A program made the position numbers and the translations under genes. This document shows, piece by piece, positions 41,299-54,569 of a stretch of 64,000 bases of DNA. This stretch comes from Mizuhopecten yessoensis (lineage: Eukaryota), in NCBI RefSeq assembly GCF_002113885.1, contig NW_018408848.1, positions 316,300-380,299 of the forward strand, read 5' to 3'. Position 1 is the stretch's first letter; every line of letters starts with the position of its first letter. Under the pieces are notes generated by a model, which saw only the letters and a program-made list of their open reading frames with translations, ran no database searches and had not been told where the DNA came from.

Positions 41299-43249
41299 TA
41301 TTAAATGTTGTACGCCATATCACGTGAGCCAATTATTTTTAAGTGTGAAATAACAAAGAAAACTGTTAAGAGCTACATGTGGGAGTGATGTAAGCTACAG
41401 TAACGGGAGATTTAAAGAACACCAGTAACATACTGGGAGGGTAATTAGTGGACAGTGTGTGTTGTCCTGTCTTCCTGGTGTTAATACCAGTGTCTAGACC
41501 ATTTCCCTGTAAGACTGTTGTTTTGCTCTTCTCCACCTTTAAGATTTGGTCAATCATCCCTGTGGTTAAACATGACACATCAAGAGGGGATCACCCTACA
41601 CAGGCCCACTTGGTAGTTATGACACACTTGCCCTTTTCTTCAGTGGAGTTTTATTTCCTTGTTACAAGATAATGTAATTGTCGGAAAAGTCATTGAAATA
41701 TGAGGATCTGTCATACAAGAAACTATGTTAAACTATTATTAGTCAAATACATGTATTTGATAAAGTTTCTAAGTGTTTTTTAAAAACTGCCTGTTAAAGA
41801 TTTTAAAAAACTGTTGAATTTCTCCTGCGTTTGGAAGATTTAAAAATTTAAAAATAAAAATTGATTTTCTTGATCATTTCAAATTACAAGGATTTTCCCC
41901 TTTAAATCTAACTAGTTTGTTAATTAGAATGAAAATCAAAATACTTGAAAATGGGTTCTACTTGATTGATTGAGTTTAAAGCATTACTTATGCTTAAAAT
42001 GCCATCTCGATTGGCGTTAACCAGTGATACATGTACTACACACTAAGTTTCTTAGTGTAGTATATAGGATGGGTGTACACTACAGTACATGGGTTCTCAG
42101 GTTTTACCTTGCCTCAATAATATGCACAGTCTATATATACATGTATGTATATCAAGAATGGAACCTGTAGAGTTTCCATTAATCAAGCAAATTGCATGAA
42201 CTATATGAATGGTGATAATTGTTTGACTATATTTAGCTACTTATCATGGGCCAAAAATAAGTCTGAAACTATCCTGGCAATTACGATTTTCCTTCACTGC
42301 TAGTTATGATTAATAGAAAATTCAGTATACATTTTGTATCACTATTAATAGAGATATAAAGGACACGTTGAAGTGCCATCTTGCTGAATTGCCATCGCCA
42401 CGCTAGCATGACCCTCTAATAATTAAGTTCTACACATACGTTAGGTTCCTTGTGATCAATTTCTATCAACTGTTGTAAGTCATATCTTATTCTAATTTAA
42501 CTCTCCCAGAGCCGTCATTTGGAAAAATAGACCATCAAAAATTACTGCAATTACAGGTATATTTAAATTCCCCAAATTCAATCTCCTGCATGACAGAATA
42601 ACAATTTCAGTATGGTAATTGGCCAAAAAGTTGTTGGAGTTTCCATTGCTGTTATGAAGTACTGCGTTCTTAAGCAAAACAAGATGGATGGACCAATAAG
42701 CTGTGAAAAAAAGTCTGGAGAGAATGCACCTAATATAGACAGCTCTGTAGTCACAACGGGACAAGTAATCTGCTCTATGTATCCCAGACATGATTAATTT
42801 GCAGTAACCTAAACCCATAGCCTCCTCTATCAGCTGGCCAGTCGTCTGAAACCTAATATATACTGACACACTTTGTAGGGCTCTTTATTAATACAATGCA
42901 ACCTGTCAGAAACTAACCCTGTATGATTAGGACAAAATACCACAGATTCTCTATTATCTTCAAAAGATTCTGCTATTTTTCTTCTATCTTAAGAATGAAG
43001 GATATTTTCTATTCCTGTTTGTTATAAAAATCTTACGGAAACAACATAGTATGAGTAACAAATAAGTTTTTTTTTAACTTCATTATTATTTTTTCTCAAA
43101 CTTAGGGATACAAAAATTCAAGGGTAGGGACTCAGGAAGTTCCCGGGTAAGAAACAGGAATTCCATTGGTAATGAATGAGGAATTTCAATGGCAGCAGAT
43201 AAGAAAGTTGAAGCTGTATATAATTATGCAAAAAAAGTATTTGATTTAC

Positions 43250-43508
43250 CTGCTCCTGAGAGTGGTGTGTTGCTACGAATAGAACTGTCGCCTGGGCCCC
43301 CATTACGAGGTGTCTCCGTCACATCATCAGAGGACTCGTCTGCGTATTCGAAGTCGTCCAGTTTGATGACTGGTTTCTCTTCCTCCTCCACCTGTTTCTT
43401 CACTTCTTCCTCCTCCTTTGGGTGAATGACGAGGTAGTCGTGCAGTGCTGCATTCTCAGACTGGTACTCGTGTGTGGCAGTGGCTTTGTCGTTGAATGAA
43501 ATCTTTAA
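43250..43508 (-). CDS. TPRN: Taperin/phostensin-family exon with the PP1-docking KISF motif: LKISFNDKATATHEYQSENAALHDYLVIHPKEEEEVKKQVEEEEKPVIKLDDFEYADESSDDVTETPRNGGPGDSSIRSNTPLSGA
   Basis: Acceptor GTCTTTACAG (phase 0); donor CAG|GTAAAT (phase 1); 259 nt open. KISFNDK...T.EY.SE followed by an acidic tract matches vertebrate taperin/phostensin (KISFNDKSLQTTFEYPSE as recalled). Confidence 0.88.
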
Positions 43509-45300
43509 CTGTAAAGACACAACAAAGTTTGAAGGTCAAAATAAGATGAAAGTTTAGATTAGGATTATTTTATTCTATTGTCATTATAAGCAAGCTTTTC
43601 TACCTTACAAAGTTCTCTCCCATCACAAAAAAATGCTTTTGTGCATAGATTTCAAATTTATACAAAACAAAACGTGCAGTTCATCAATAAATGCCGATGA
43701 CTTATTGTAACATTTGTTAACACTAGAGGTTTGTGTTAGGGCAAACTACAGATGTCCGAGTCCATTAATACAAATGACAATGGTTCATTATTAATTTCTA
43801 CATGGCCTTTTGTGTATGACTGCGTGGATTACCTTATATCATGAAGACAAACAATACAATTCTACCAAGGACACCAAGAACTGGTATATTTTATGTAAGG
43901 GATAGTAAAAAAAGGTTGGTTTTTAACGATGAAAATATATACAAAGGGCTAGTAGTATTTGTCATGATCTAGTACTCTTAACTATTAAATTGAACATTGT
44001 TGAGACTCCCCGCAATTGTATTGATGACCCTGCATGAGGAGGACAGTCAAAGTAAACAACACCAGACATTTTACATTTTGTTGGTACATGTAGTAGTAAC
44101 ATAAATGATACTTTTCTTACATTTATGTACTAGGTCTCACATTTGTCAAAAATACTGATGTCAAGATTATTTAATTTGATCTTTTTTTTTTAAACATTTT
44201 GTCTATTTTACCACCATAGATCAAATTTTCAATTGGAATAATTTCTGGAAATCCGTTTCAATAAATTTCAATTGGCCTATGACCTTCTCAGTGACCACTG
44301 TGACCTTCCCATTGGACAAGCACACAAGCTGGTGTCCTGTGAATGATCCATCATTTTGTCTACATGGAAGCTGTCTGATATGACAACCCAAACAACCTGT
44401 ACACAACTGACTGTCAATAACATGCCTGGTTATACAGTTCAAATGATAAAGCCATATCTACTGCCACTGTGATGTTAAATATCCTCTCGCCTACTACTGC
44501 CGATAAAACAACTAATTTTACATAATTTGACAGCATAAATAAGGCTTATAATGACACCTCAAATCACAGATGTATCTATAATGGGCAAATTAAAAGGAAT
44601 CATTAGATATCAGACCAACAAACGTTTAAAATCCTTATAACAAATGTGTTTGGTGTCCTTGAGACATAAAAATGACCATTGACAAGGACAGGTTACCAAT
44701 GTAATACACAAATGACCAGTACAGTAGGTATAGAAAAGTTTCCATTGGGCTGACATAAAACAGTGGTTACAATGACAGGACTGTATGGACTAGCTGACAG
44801 GTGGGCCTAATCAGCTCATGTTCATGTGGTCAGTTGTCAGACAGACATGGACACTGAATTCACCTGGCCGTTAATGGTCGGTGTATCAGTACCCAATAGG
44901 TTACCATCAAGATTACGATAAGATGTGTTAGGTACCTCTATCAGGTGTTATTACCAGATCACACACACATCGGTGCACTATAAATACTCTGAACATATAG
45001 GACACACCTTAAATGAATCATCATGTACACACATCAAGTCATTATATGTATATAGCTTAAGGCGTTTATCTGCAGAGATTTTTTTTGTTAATTCAATTCA
45101 ATTTTCTTCACAGACAGAAATATTGATACCATAATAACTTCACCTGCCCCCTGGTATAACATTCTGACAGCTAATATTTTAGTAACCTTACTCAAATCTT
45201 TAAGTATATGCAAGCTTAACTAAATAGTTCTTAAGTGGAGCCTGTCTCAACAGAATCTTGAATAATCAAGAAAATTTGTATTAAATGACCTAATTACATG

Positions 45301-45392
45301 ATGTGTGGTATAAGTACACTATAGTAAATCTACTGATTTCCATTTATGTGGTATAAGTACACTATAGTAAATCTACTGATTTCCATTTATGT
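45301..45392. repeat. 43-bp tandem duplication
   Basis: GTGGTATAAGTACACTATAGTAAATCTACTGATTTCCATTTAT occurs twice. Confidence 0.9.
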
Positions 45393-46465
45393 CTGGTTGG
45401 GACAGGTTTGGTTTTTATTTATTTAACATTGATCGATGACATCTAGTCAACGCTGTAATAAACATATTTATCTAAAATGAAGTTTCAGAAATTATATGTA
45501 TATTTAAAAATAATGTGTGTATCAATCGGTCAAAACCATATATCAATAATTTGTATTGCCTCAAATGGCAAATAGATAATTTATGATAAAAAAGACCTGG
45601 AGTCAGACAATTGGGAGATAGCATTCTTATGTTGTGTACACTTACTTGTCAAGGCTGGAGACATATTACATATCAGACTAAAGTTGACTGCTAAAGCTGA
45701 ATATGATACAAACTAAAGTCAACATTAAGCTAAATCCATGCCTTCAGCAATAAATGCCCAATAAACACCATGTTTAATAAACATCTGAAGGAATATTGTT
45801 CATCTCAATAACGATTCCCGTAAATGTAATGACATTTCACAAAGCATTCTTGTTTAGGGTATATATTAAACCATAATTGTCACTCAGTTTGTGTAAACTT
45901 AAAATAGATATCTCGGGCTGACATCATAGAAAAAATTCCTTCCTTCATAGACAAAGAGGTTTTCCCAAATTTATCTTTCATCCGTTTCAACACCAACTTA
46001 CATCATCATATGTCAAAAAAACATATATATAGGTCTCATTGTACAGTTTAGAAGGATATAAAAAGATATTAACAGTAATTTGAATTAAGTTCATTTTAAA
46101 ATTCCTGGAAGTCAAACTGACTAAATATTTGATTACTTCATTTGGGACTGAAAAATACACAAGGACCAAGTTTGAACATTTGTTAGGACTGTGTGATCAT
46201 GCAACAGTTAAATTTTGAGAGATTCAAACATCTTCAGGCTTTCCTTGTTTGTCACACACTGAAACCATTGGTACACCTAAAGCTGTTTCCATGTTATAAA
46301 AGGTCATGCCCCCATCCCTAGTCAAGCTTACAGAGTTCATAAAATGCACTTGAAATCATTATGATATAGACAATTTCATTTACATTATGATGCAATTGTC
46401 ATAAATGTGAATCATAATATATGGGAGAATAATTTATATCACAGTTCAGCTGTAATAATTTTTAC

Positions 46466-46681
46466 CTTCTTTTTATGCTTTCCAGTTTCAAATTTACATA
46501 TCATAGACTTGACATGATTTTTGCGTGGCACAACTCGCTGGTCCACAAACAGGTGAAGTGTCTGGGGTTGCCCTAAGAGCTGCCGGCCCCCGTTAGACTG
46601 CCAGATGAGGTGACATTGCCCTCTCCTTGTTATGTAGTACTCATATACTCCGTCATGATTTTCACATTCACATACATCCAT
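46466..46681 (-). CDS. Candidate alternative upstream/first coding exon of the taperin-like gene: MDVCECENHDGVYEYYITRRGQCHLIWQSNGGRQLLGQPQTLHLFVDQRVVPRKNHVKSMICKFETGKHKKK
   Basis: GC-richer open frame; AGCATGG start context; donor AAG|GTAAAA in phase 0 joins KHKKK directly to LKISF. Confidence 0.6.
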
Positions 46682-47991
46682 GCTCACCACCAAACTTCCT
46701 GTGGGATCTAAACTCTTTCCTTCATTTGATGGCAACACCTGATTCCACAATGATTTATAGAATACTTGTGTCACTAATGCATCTCAGGATATTTTTTTTT
46801 AAATATCTTAAATGTTATAATCATCAACTCTTGTCTAGAACAAAAGTACATTGTTTTAAACTACATACAACATATTTTGTCTTCTTATTCTGTGCATAGT
46901 CATTAGCTAGGTATATATAGTCATTCAAAATGTTTGTTGATATCCATCAGGCTGAAAGTTATCCATACCAAATTTTACCTGTCATACTGAACACTTGAGA
47001 TATGCTCAATATACATTTTAAGACACAGAAAGAATTCACCAAGAACTAAATCCAAAATCTTAATAACATGAAAGAATCAAAGATCTTAGAGACTCATTAA
47101 TTATTCACTCCAGTCCGTCTGTTATCTTCTTGAAGAACAAAACTATTCTGATTTCCCCCACAGCAGGCAATGAATGGATGATTCACTAAGATACAATCAC
47201 ATCTCCCTATATGTCTTTACATATATAAACAGTTCCTCAAATATTGTATTCATCCCTGATCAGTTTTGGAATGACGGAATCAAACCCTCCTGCTTCCTTG
47301 CCTGGTTTGATGTGAGGTGATATATCTGTATAACAGGTGCAGATTTTGGGGCTGTTTACCTTGGGTCACAGGACCACCTGACTTCCGTAATGAGTGGGTA
47401 TCTATGTTGAGTCCCCTCACCCCTGGAATGACTGATTATACACTCCGGTGATGAAACAGACTGCCTCTCACTGCTTCATCACCTTAACAATTAAATACCT
47501 TATAATTCTTAATGTTCCCCCATTTCCATGTGAAATATCGGCGCCTTGTATGTGTTAACAGGGACATTTCCATTATTTTTTTTAACAATATAAAACAAAT
47601 TCTTTTCAACATCCTAATATCAGGTTAAAACTTCCAAATAAAAAAATCTTTTTTTGGGCGAGTATTCTGTAAAATATTTGAAGCACTGGGCCAAATATTT
47701 CCTCAGCATTTAACACAATGCTTCAGCACATTTAAATTACATATAACATGACAATGTTTGTAATATGTAAAACAGAATTAAACATTATATATTTAATTCT
47801 TCCACCCTAGTTAAAACCTGACATGATCTACTCCATTCAGGTCTTCCCAAATAGAAAGACACAAAACTCGCACCTCAAAGAAGACACCCTGGCAGTATTT
47901 ATATAGAAAATCTGAAGAAAAACAATTATCACATTTTCTAAATCACGGACAGTTTGATTCAAATCGAAGTAATGACAACTTAAAAAAATGT

Positions 47992-48022
<31 letters not shown>

Positions 48023-48396
48023 AGTTAATGTGGAAGGGACTATAATTTCTTTTATTCATTAATTTTTTCGACAGTCTTTTGGTCGCACAAGCAAGACTTT
48101 AACCGCCATTTGCGAGTAGGCGAACGTCAATTTCAGGCACTGCTGCACAACAAGGGAACAAGGGGAACCTACATATGAAATTTGAGAAAGATCCCTCTGG
48201 TACTTCCCGAGAAACAGCGATAACAAACTGTTGGGCTAAAAAATCTTAACTGGCTGGATGTTTGACCACTAAATGCCATGTACCACTTTGTCAAGGCAGG
48301 GCACCAAAACAAGAAAACAAACTTACTAGCAATGACAAAATATGGATAAAAAAAACAAATTTTTTTTTGGAGGTTGATGGAACAGAATAGTCATAC

Positions 48397-48435
48397 CTTC
48401 TGATATTGGGTGTTGATGAGTCGGATATCGCACAT
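48397..48435 (-). CDS. Candidate short alternative first coding exon: MCDIRLINTQYQK
   Basis: ATG at 48435; donor AAG|GTATGA in phase 0, compatible with the LKISF exon. It is preceded by a 10-codon uORF (48496-48464). Confidence 0.45.
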
Positions 48436-50669
48436 GCTGGGTGTGTGGTATGTGACTGTCGGATCATTCAGCGACAGTTGCACCGACAGTACACATGGTT
48501 TTTATTGAGAAATGTACACATTTTTATAAGAACTTTCGAAATTCATATTTATTGATGGAACGGTTTTATATAAATTCATGATGTAGGTATGGAAATGTGA
48601 GGAATGTGGGCGAGTTTGATCTGTAATTACTGTCTGCAATTATGCGCTCCATACAAAAAATAATTGATATTTTGGTGTTGTTTTGGTTTATGTCAGAGGG
48701 TGTGGTATTGGAGGGAATAACTCCATCCATCTGAGGATGACAAACTTGTATCAACCAGAACACCCGGGGTTTAATTACACTGTCAAACACTGCAGGCCTC
48801 GATGGGAAGCTGATACTGTTAACTGTGTGGTTTAAGTTTGCAATCATTTCAAAATGTATACGTATTTTGACTATACATGACATTGTATATATCATAAAGA
48901 GGTATCAGATCATAAGGTGTGAAAAGTCCTCTACCACTGAAGCACTGGTAATATTGTGATTAGAGTACAAAGAAGTACACATCAATGTAGGATATCATGA
49001 CTGGTTTTGAACTCTCTTCATGATGGGGAGTATTTATGAAGGATGAAAATAATTCCGTTCTTAAAATCATATTATAATTGTTTCTGCATTTTAAGGAAGA
49101 ACTATTTTTAATATCAGGCCTTAAAGAAATCAGAAAATGTTATCATAAAGACATTAATTAAAACAAAATATAACAGATGACAATTTAATACAATTTATTT
49201 AAAATTTATTCTATAGCAGATGAGATCAGGACACACTACAAGCACTTAAAGAAAGGGTTGATATCAAGTGTTTTCCCCCTGGGGTTCTAAGTACTATATT
49301 ATAGTGCAGCTTTTAGAAATATCTGGTTTTTACTCTACCTCCATTTGTTTCTAATTTACAAAAAGATAGGGACAACTCTCTGAACTAGACAACATCACTA
49401 CAAAGGTAAAACAAATCTTCCAGCGATAAATCATGGCACATCAATGCACAGCAGGCCTTTTTTGTCCAAAGCACATCCCACAAATTGCTGGAGACAGATT
49501 GGACATAAAACACCTGTCATACGGCCACCTTAGCGACAGCCCTATCATGTGGCTGTCTTCGACCTTATCTGTGTGATAAGTCCCGCAGTAGGATGACGAG
49601 GTACAACATTAAGATACCATTAACAATCATCAACACTTCCACCGGCCTTTGTTTATATGTTTGTATATGTCCTAAAGTCTTGTTTTACATTAGGATGGGC
49701 TGGTAATGGTCATCACAGTACATACATTATAACAGTATTGTATAATGTAACACATCAGGAATAAACCAGTCAATTACTGGTATATACGTATATACACGAA
49801 CCTTAAAGCTAGGACTGTCACATCATCATACATCTATATACCAGGATTTTTTACCCTCCATTATGAACGAGAATTTATTAGTTCTGCGAATATTAGTAAT
49901 TAACATAACATACATAGTAATTATATGTGCAGGGCGAAATTAACACTGGGAAAATAGGATTTTTATTGATTACAGGCGAAAATGTTGATGGCGCGAAAGT
50001 GTGTACAGTATACAATAACAGGTGACATGACACAAAGTTACCCAATAAAATATTAACCTTCCAAAGATTAGAAATTGAAATACTAAAAATAAATATTATT
50101 TTAACCCTAAAATAGCATTAAAGTTCTAGTCATTCACAAGCAGTCACAATATAGAGGGTTCCCAGAGTGCTCTCTAGACCAGTTAATACAGGTTTAGTGT
50201 TAATTGAGATTCTCCAATGTATCGACTTGTTATATTTCTGGATTTTCTATGTGATGAAGATACAAATTTTAAATGAATGACATGATTGATCCAGGTAACA
50301 TGACTTTGGTATGTTTCTAAGTAGAAGTATGTTTATCGTATGTTTTCTTGTTTATTGGAACTTCCTTTTATATTTACAACTGCAACTAAATAAAAATTTG
50401 TGGCAAAATGACAGAACATTTCACTACATTTTTAAGTTCCAACATAGAAAAAGAAAACTAATGTCATTTTGCTTTGTTTTTACTTACATCTCATTCTGAC
50501 AAAGAATTGTCTTTTTGTTACATTTTTACTATAATCAATAAAAGAACTGTCATTTTGTTACATTAAATATTTTGTGTTTTATATTCCTGATCATTCAGTT
50601 TATCTACGGGGACATTTGTATGTCCCACTTGTTGGTACGTGTTGTGCCTCGACCATATGTATAATGTTG

Positions 50670-52012
50670 GTGACTAATAGACAGACAGTATACATGTCCT
50701 ACGTCACCAGTACACTACACTGACTAATAGACAGACAGGTTACATGTCCTACGTCACCAGTCCACTACATTGACTAATAGACAGACAGGTTACATGACCT
50801 ACGTCACCAGTACACTACATTGACTATTAAGACAGACAGGTTACATGTCCTACGTCACCAGTCCACTACATTGACTAATAGACAGACAGGTTACATGTCC
50901 TATGTCACCAGTACACTACACTGACTAATAGACAGACACGATACATGTCCTACGTCACCAGTACACTACATTCACTAATAGACAGACAGTATACATGTCC
51001 TACGTCACCAGTAGACTACACGACTAATAGACAGACAGTATACATGACCTACGTCACCAGTACACTACACGACTAATATACAGACATGATACATGTCCTA
51101 CGTCACCAGTACACTACATTCACTAATAGACAGACAGTATACATGTCCTACGTCACCAGTACACTACATTGACGAATAGACAGACAGGTTACATGTCCTA
51201 CGTCACCAGTACACTACATTGACTATTAAGACAGACAGGTTACATGTCCTACGTCACCAGTACACTACACTGACTAATAGACAGACAGGTTACATGTCCT
51301 ACCTCACCAGTACACTACACGATTAATAGACAGACAGGATACATGTCCTACGTCACCAGTACACTACACTGACTAATAGACAGACAGGATACATGTACTA
51401 CGTCACCAGTACACTACACTGACTAATATACAGACAGGATACATGTCCTACGTCACAAGTACACTACACTGACTTATAGACAGACAGGATACATGTCTTA
51501 CGTCACCAGTACACTACACTGACTAATATACAGACAGGATACATGTCCTACGTCACCAGTACACTACACTGACTTATAGACAGACAGGATACATGTCTTA
51601 CGTCACCAGTACACTACACTGGCGCATAGACAGACAGGATACATGTCCTACGTCACAGTACACTACATTGACTAACAGACAGACAGGATACATGTGCTAC
51701 GTCACCAGTACACTACACTGACTAATAGACAGACAGGATACATGTGCTACGTCACCAGTACACTACACTGACTAATAGATTGACAGGATACATGTCTTAC
51801 GTCACCAGTACACTACACTGGCGCATAGACAGACAGGATACATGTCCTACGTCACCAGTACACTACATTGACTAACAGACAGACAGGATACATGTTCTAC
51901 GTCACCAGTACACTACACTGACTAATACACAGACAGGATACATGTCCTACGTCACCAGTACACTACATTGACTAATAGACAGACAGTATACATGTCCTAC
52001 GTCACCAGTACA
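50670..52012. repeat. 50-bp minisatellite (GACTAATAGACAGACAGGATACATGTCCTACGTCACCAGTACACTACACT), ~27 copies
   Basis: Visible period. Confidence 0.97.
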
Positions 52013-52916
52013 TTGCATTAACACCAGAACAAATCGTCCCTTCTCCCATGTCACATTGAACTATGGACTGTTTTGTTTTTAAATGCTTAAGTTTCAAAAA
52101 TAGGTCACTGTACATGTACTTATGCTCAATTGAAAATTACCATATTCATATCTTAATTTAAGTACATTGCCATTTCATTTCACAACCCCCAAGCTAGTAA
52201 TGATGATCATAACAGTACATATGTACATGCGTTATGTTGCTCATTCCCTTTCAGATATTCAAAAGAAATGCACTTGAAATGCACAGGAAGTGTTAGTCCT
52301 GGTTACAAATCAGAACACCACTTGAGTCAAGGCAAATCAAACAGCAATTTGATATATGGCTCCAGTCTACCATCCTGGTCTTTCCTTAAATAGGAATGGA
52401 TGTAGTGTATCTGTTTTGAGAATGTTCACCGCCTATACTGTTAACAATGTACACTCCATCCCCAACCTGTCCTCCCCTATACCTTTTATTGTTGTTACCA
52501 ATGGCTTATCTATAGTTACACTGGACAATTGAAAAGTGTGTGTTGAGGACTTTGTACTCATGACTATAGTGATTAAGCCTTCTTACTTCCACATACAATA
52601 CATACTCAAGGTCAAGCTCCACACATCACATGTACACTACAGATAAAACACTGATTGGTAAACAAGTCCTTGTATATACATCTATGTCAAATAAATTGGC
52701 TACACAGCTCTTTAAGAGTGAAGATTGTACAACATAATTTAACTTTAGTGTTGTGTTAAGTCACCTAATAAATTGTAATTTCAAGATTTCAGTTTAAGAA
52801 AACTTTTTAAATAAACTGTCAAATTTAAAGAACAAACATCAAATGATCAAAAATATGTTATGATGAAATTTCGACTGCATAAGAGATGGTGATAACTGTG
52901 TACCGTCAACTACTGT

Positions 52917-53634
52917 AACAAGAGGCCCATGGGCCTTAACGGTAACCTGAATCCTACATTATTTGTTTTTGTTGTTGAAATATGTACCAATTTGAGTAAA
53001 AAATAGTTAAGTATAATGTTAACTTAACTTTGTCAGGACCATGAGCTGATCATTCCAAGACCGATTATCAGTGAAATCGGCATATTAGAACTTGTTTTTA
53101 AGTTTGAAATAGGTATTTACAAAAAAGCGGCCATGGCAGCCATATTGGATTTCTGATTGACCTGAAAAATAACAACACTTTGTCAGGACCATGATTCGAT
53201 CATTCCTACCAACTTTCAGTTCAATGTGCCAAGCAGAACTTGACTTTAAGTTTGAAATAGTTTTTCAAAATGGCGGCCGTGGTGGCCATATTGGATTTCT
53301 GATCGACCCGAAAAATAACAACACTTCGTCAGGACCATGAGTAGATCATTCCAACCAACTTTCAGTTCAATGTGCCCAGCAGAACTTGACTTTAAGTTTG
53401 AAAAAGTTTTTCAAAATGGCGGCCGTGGCGGCCATATTGGATTTCGGATCGACCCGAAAAATAACAACACTTTGTCAGGACCATGAGGCGATCATTCCTA
53501 CCAATTTTCAGTTCAATCGGCCCAGCAGAACTTGACTTTAAGTTTGAAATGTAAAATGTTAACGGACGACGGACGACGACGGATGAAAACGGATAGCAAT
53601 AGGTCACTTGAGCTGAAGCTCAGGTGACCTAAAA
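52917..53634 (-). mobile_element. Non-autonomous Helentron-derived element (HINE/DINE-1-like) with internal ~146-bp tandem repeats
   Basis: Terminal palindrome TAGGTCACTTGAGCT-GA-AGCTCAGGTGACCTA (53600-53631); (GAC/GGAC) microsatellite at 53563-53582; ~4 repeats (ACTTTGTCAGGACCATGA every ~146 bp); subterminal IR partner GGTAACCTGA; hairpin AGGCCCATGGGCCT; flanked by A/T runs. Confidence 0.88.
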
Positions 53635-54437
53635 ATGATAATGTAATTATACAAAAGTGTGATCAAAATCAAAGTAACTGAATAGAATAAATTTAGTGTT
53701 CTCAAGTGTTGCTTCCTTAAAATAATGGACATCAGCTGTCTGAGTGGTATCTCTTATGACCTTCAGCTTACATTGATATGATAATGCTGAGTATATTGTA
53801 CTAACTATTATGTCTATATTGATGAAAGGTTATTATAACAGGAGATAATTAATGCGGGACCTGCCATATGACCTGGGTGAGATAACATTCTGTACTACCA
53901 GGTGAACGAATGGAATTGTTTAAATTTGAAGACAAAGAAAAAGCATGTGGTATAAATCATTTTAATGTAACAAATTACACTGGAAAGTACTGTAGAACGG
54001 TATGTAATTTTTGAAATAAGCTTCCTTAAATGTTTCTGTGGTACCAGATATACCGGTACAAATTAGGCCTTAATCTAATACCTCTGTATATAAGGGTTGT
54101 GATCAGGTTGAGAAGCTGATAGCTGAGGTATTTATCACAAGCCGTGTAAACAGTAGTATATTTACACTATGCTTGCCTAATCCCTACGCCAACTAGGCCT
54201 GGCTCAGTCCACAGGTATGAGATACACACCCCATTGACAGAAACACACCCATTTACCTACATATACATTATATGTACAATGGATGCTGTGTACATTTGAT
54301 ATACAAAATTTCTTTAAATTGACCATGTTTACTCAATATACCATAAACTCACATTAATTCCATTCCTAACTTTTCCAACTCAACACAAATATATATACAA
54401 TTGTATGTGCATCACTGGCCTGAAATGAGAACAAAAC

Positions 54438-54538
54438 ATAAATATTGGGAGTCTAAATATCTACCAAACACATGTGACACCTGATCTATTATAAATATTG
54501 GGAATCTAAATATCTACCAAACACATGTGACACCTGAT
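54438..54538. repeat. 53-bp tandem duplication
   Basis: ATAAATATTGGGA.TCTAAATATCTACCAAACACATGTGACACCTGAT occurs twice. Confidence 0.9.
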
Positions 54539-54569
54539 ATCTTAACATTATGGACTCTTGTTGAAACTT

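Noticed and set aside
43189-43425. Plus-strand Ser-rich ORF
   Set aside because: Antisense shadow of the real minus-strand exon.
45640-45665. Further alternative first exon (ATGTCTCCAGCCTTGACAA|GTAAGT); also the donor at ~47360
   Set aside because: Phase is incompatible with the LKISF exon, or there is an in-frame stop just upstream of the donor.
47996-48022. Poly-C/G tracts (also ~17295 and ~38004) as functional G-quadruplexes
   Set aside because: Homopolymer C runs are common in such genomes; nothing else supports function.
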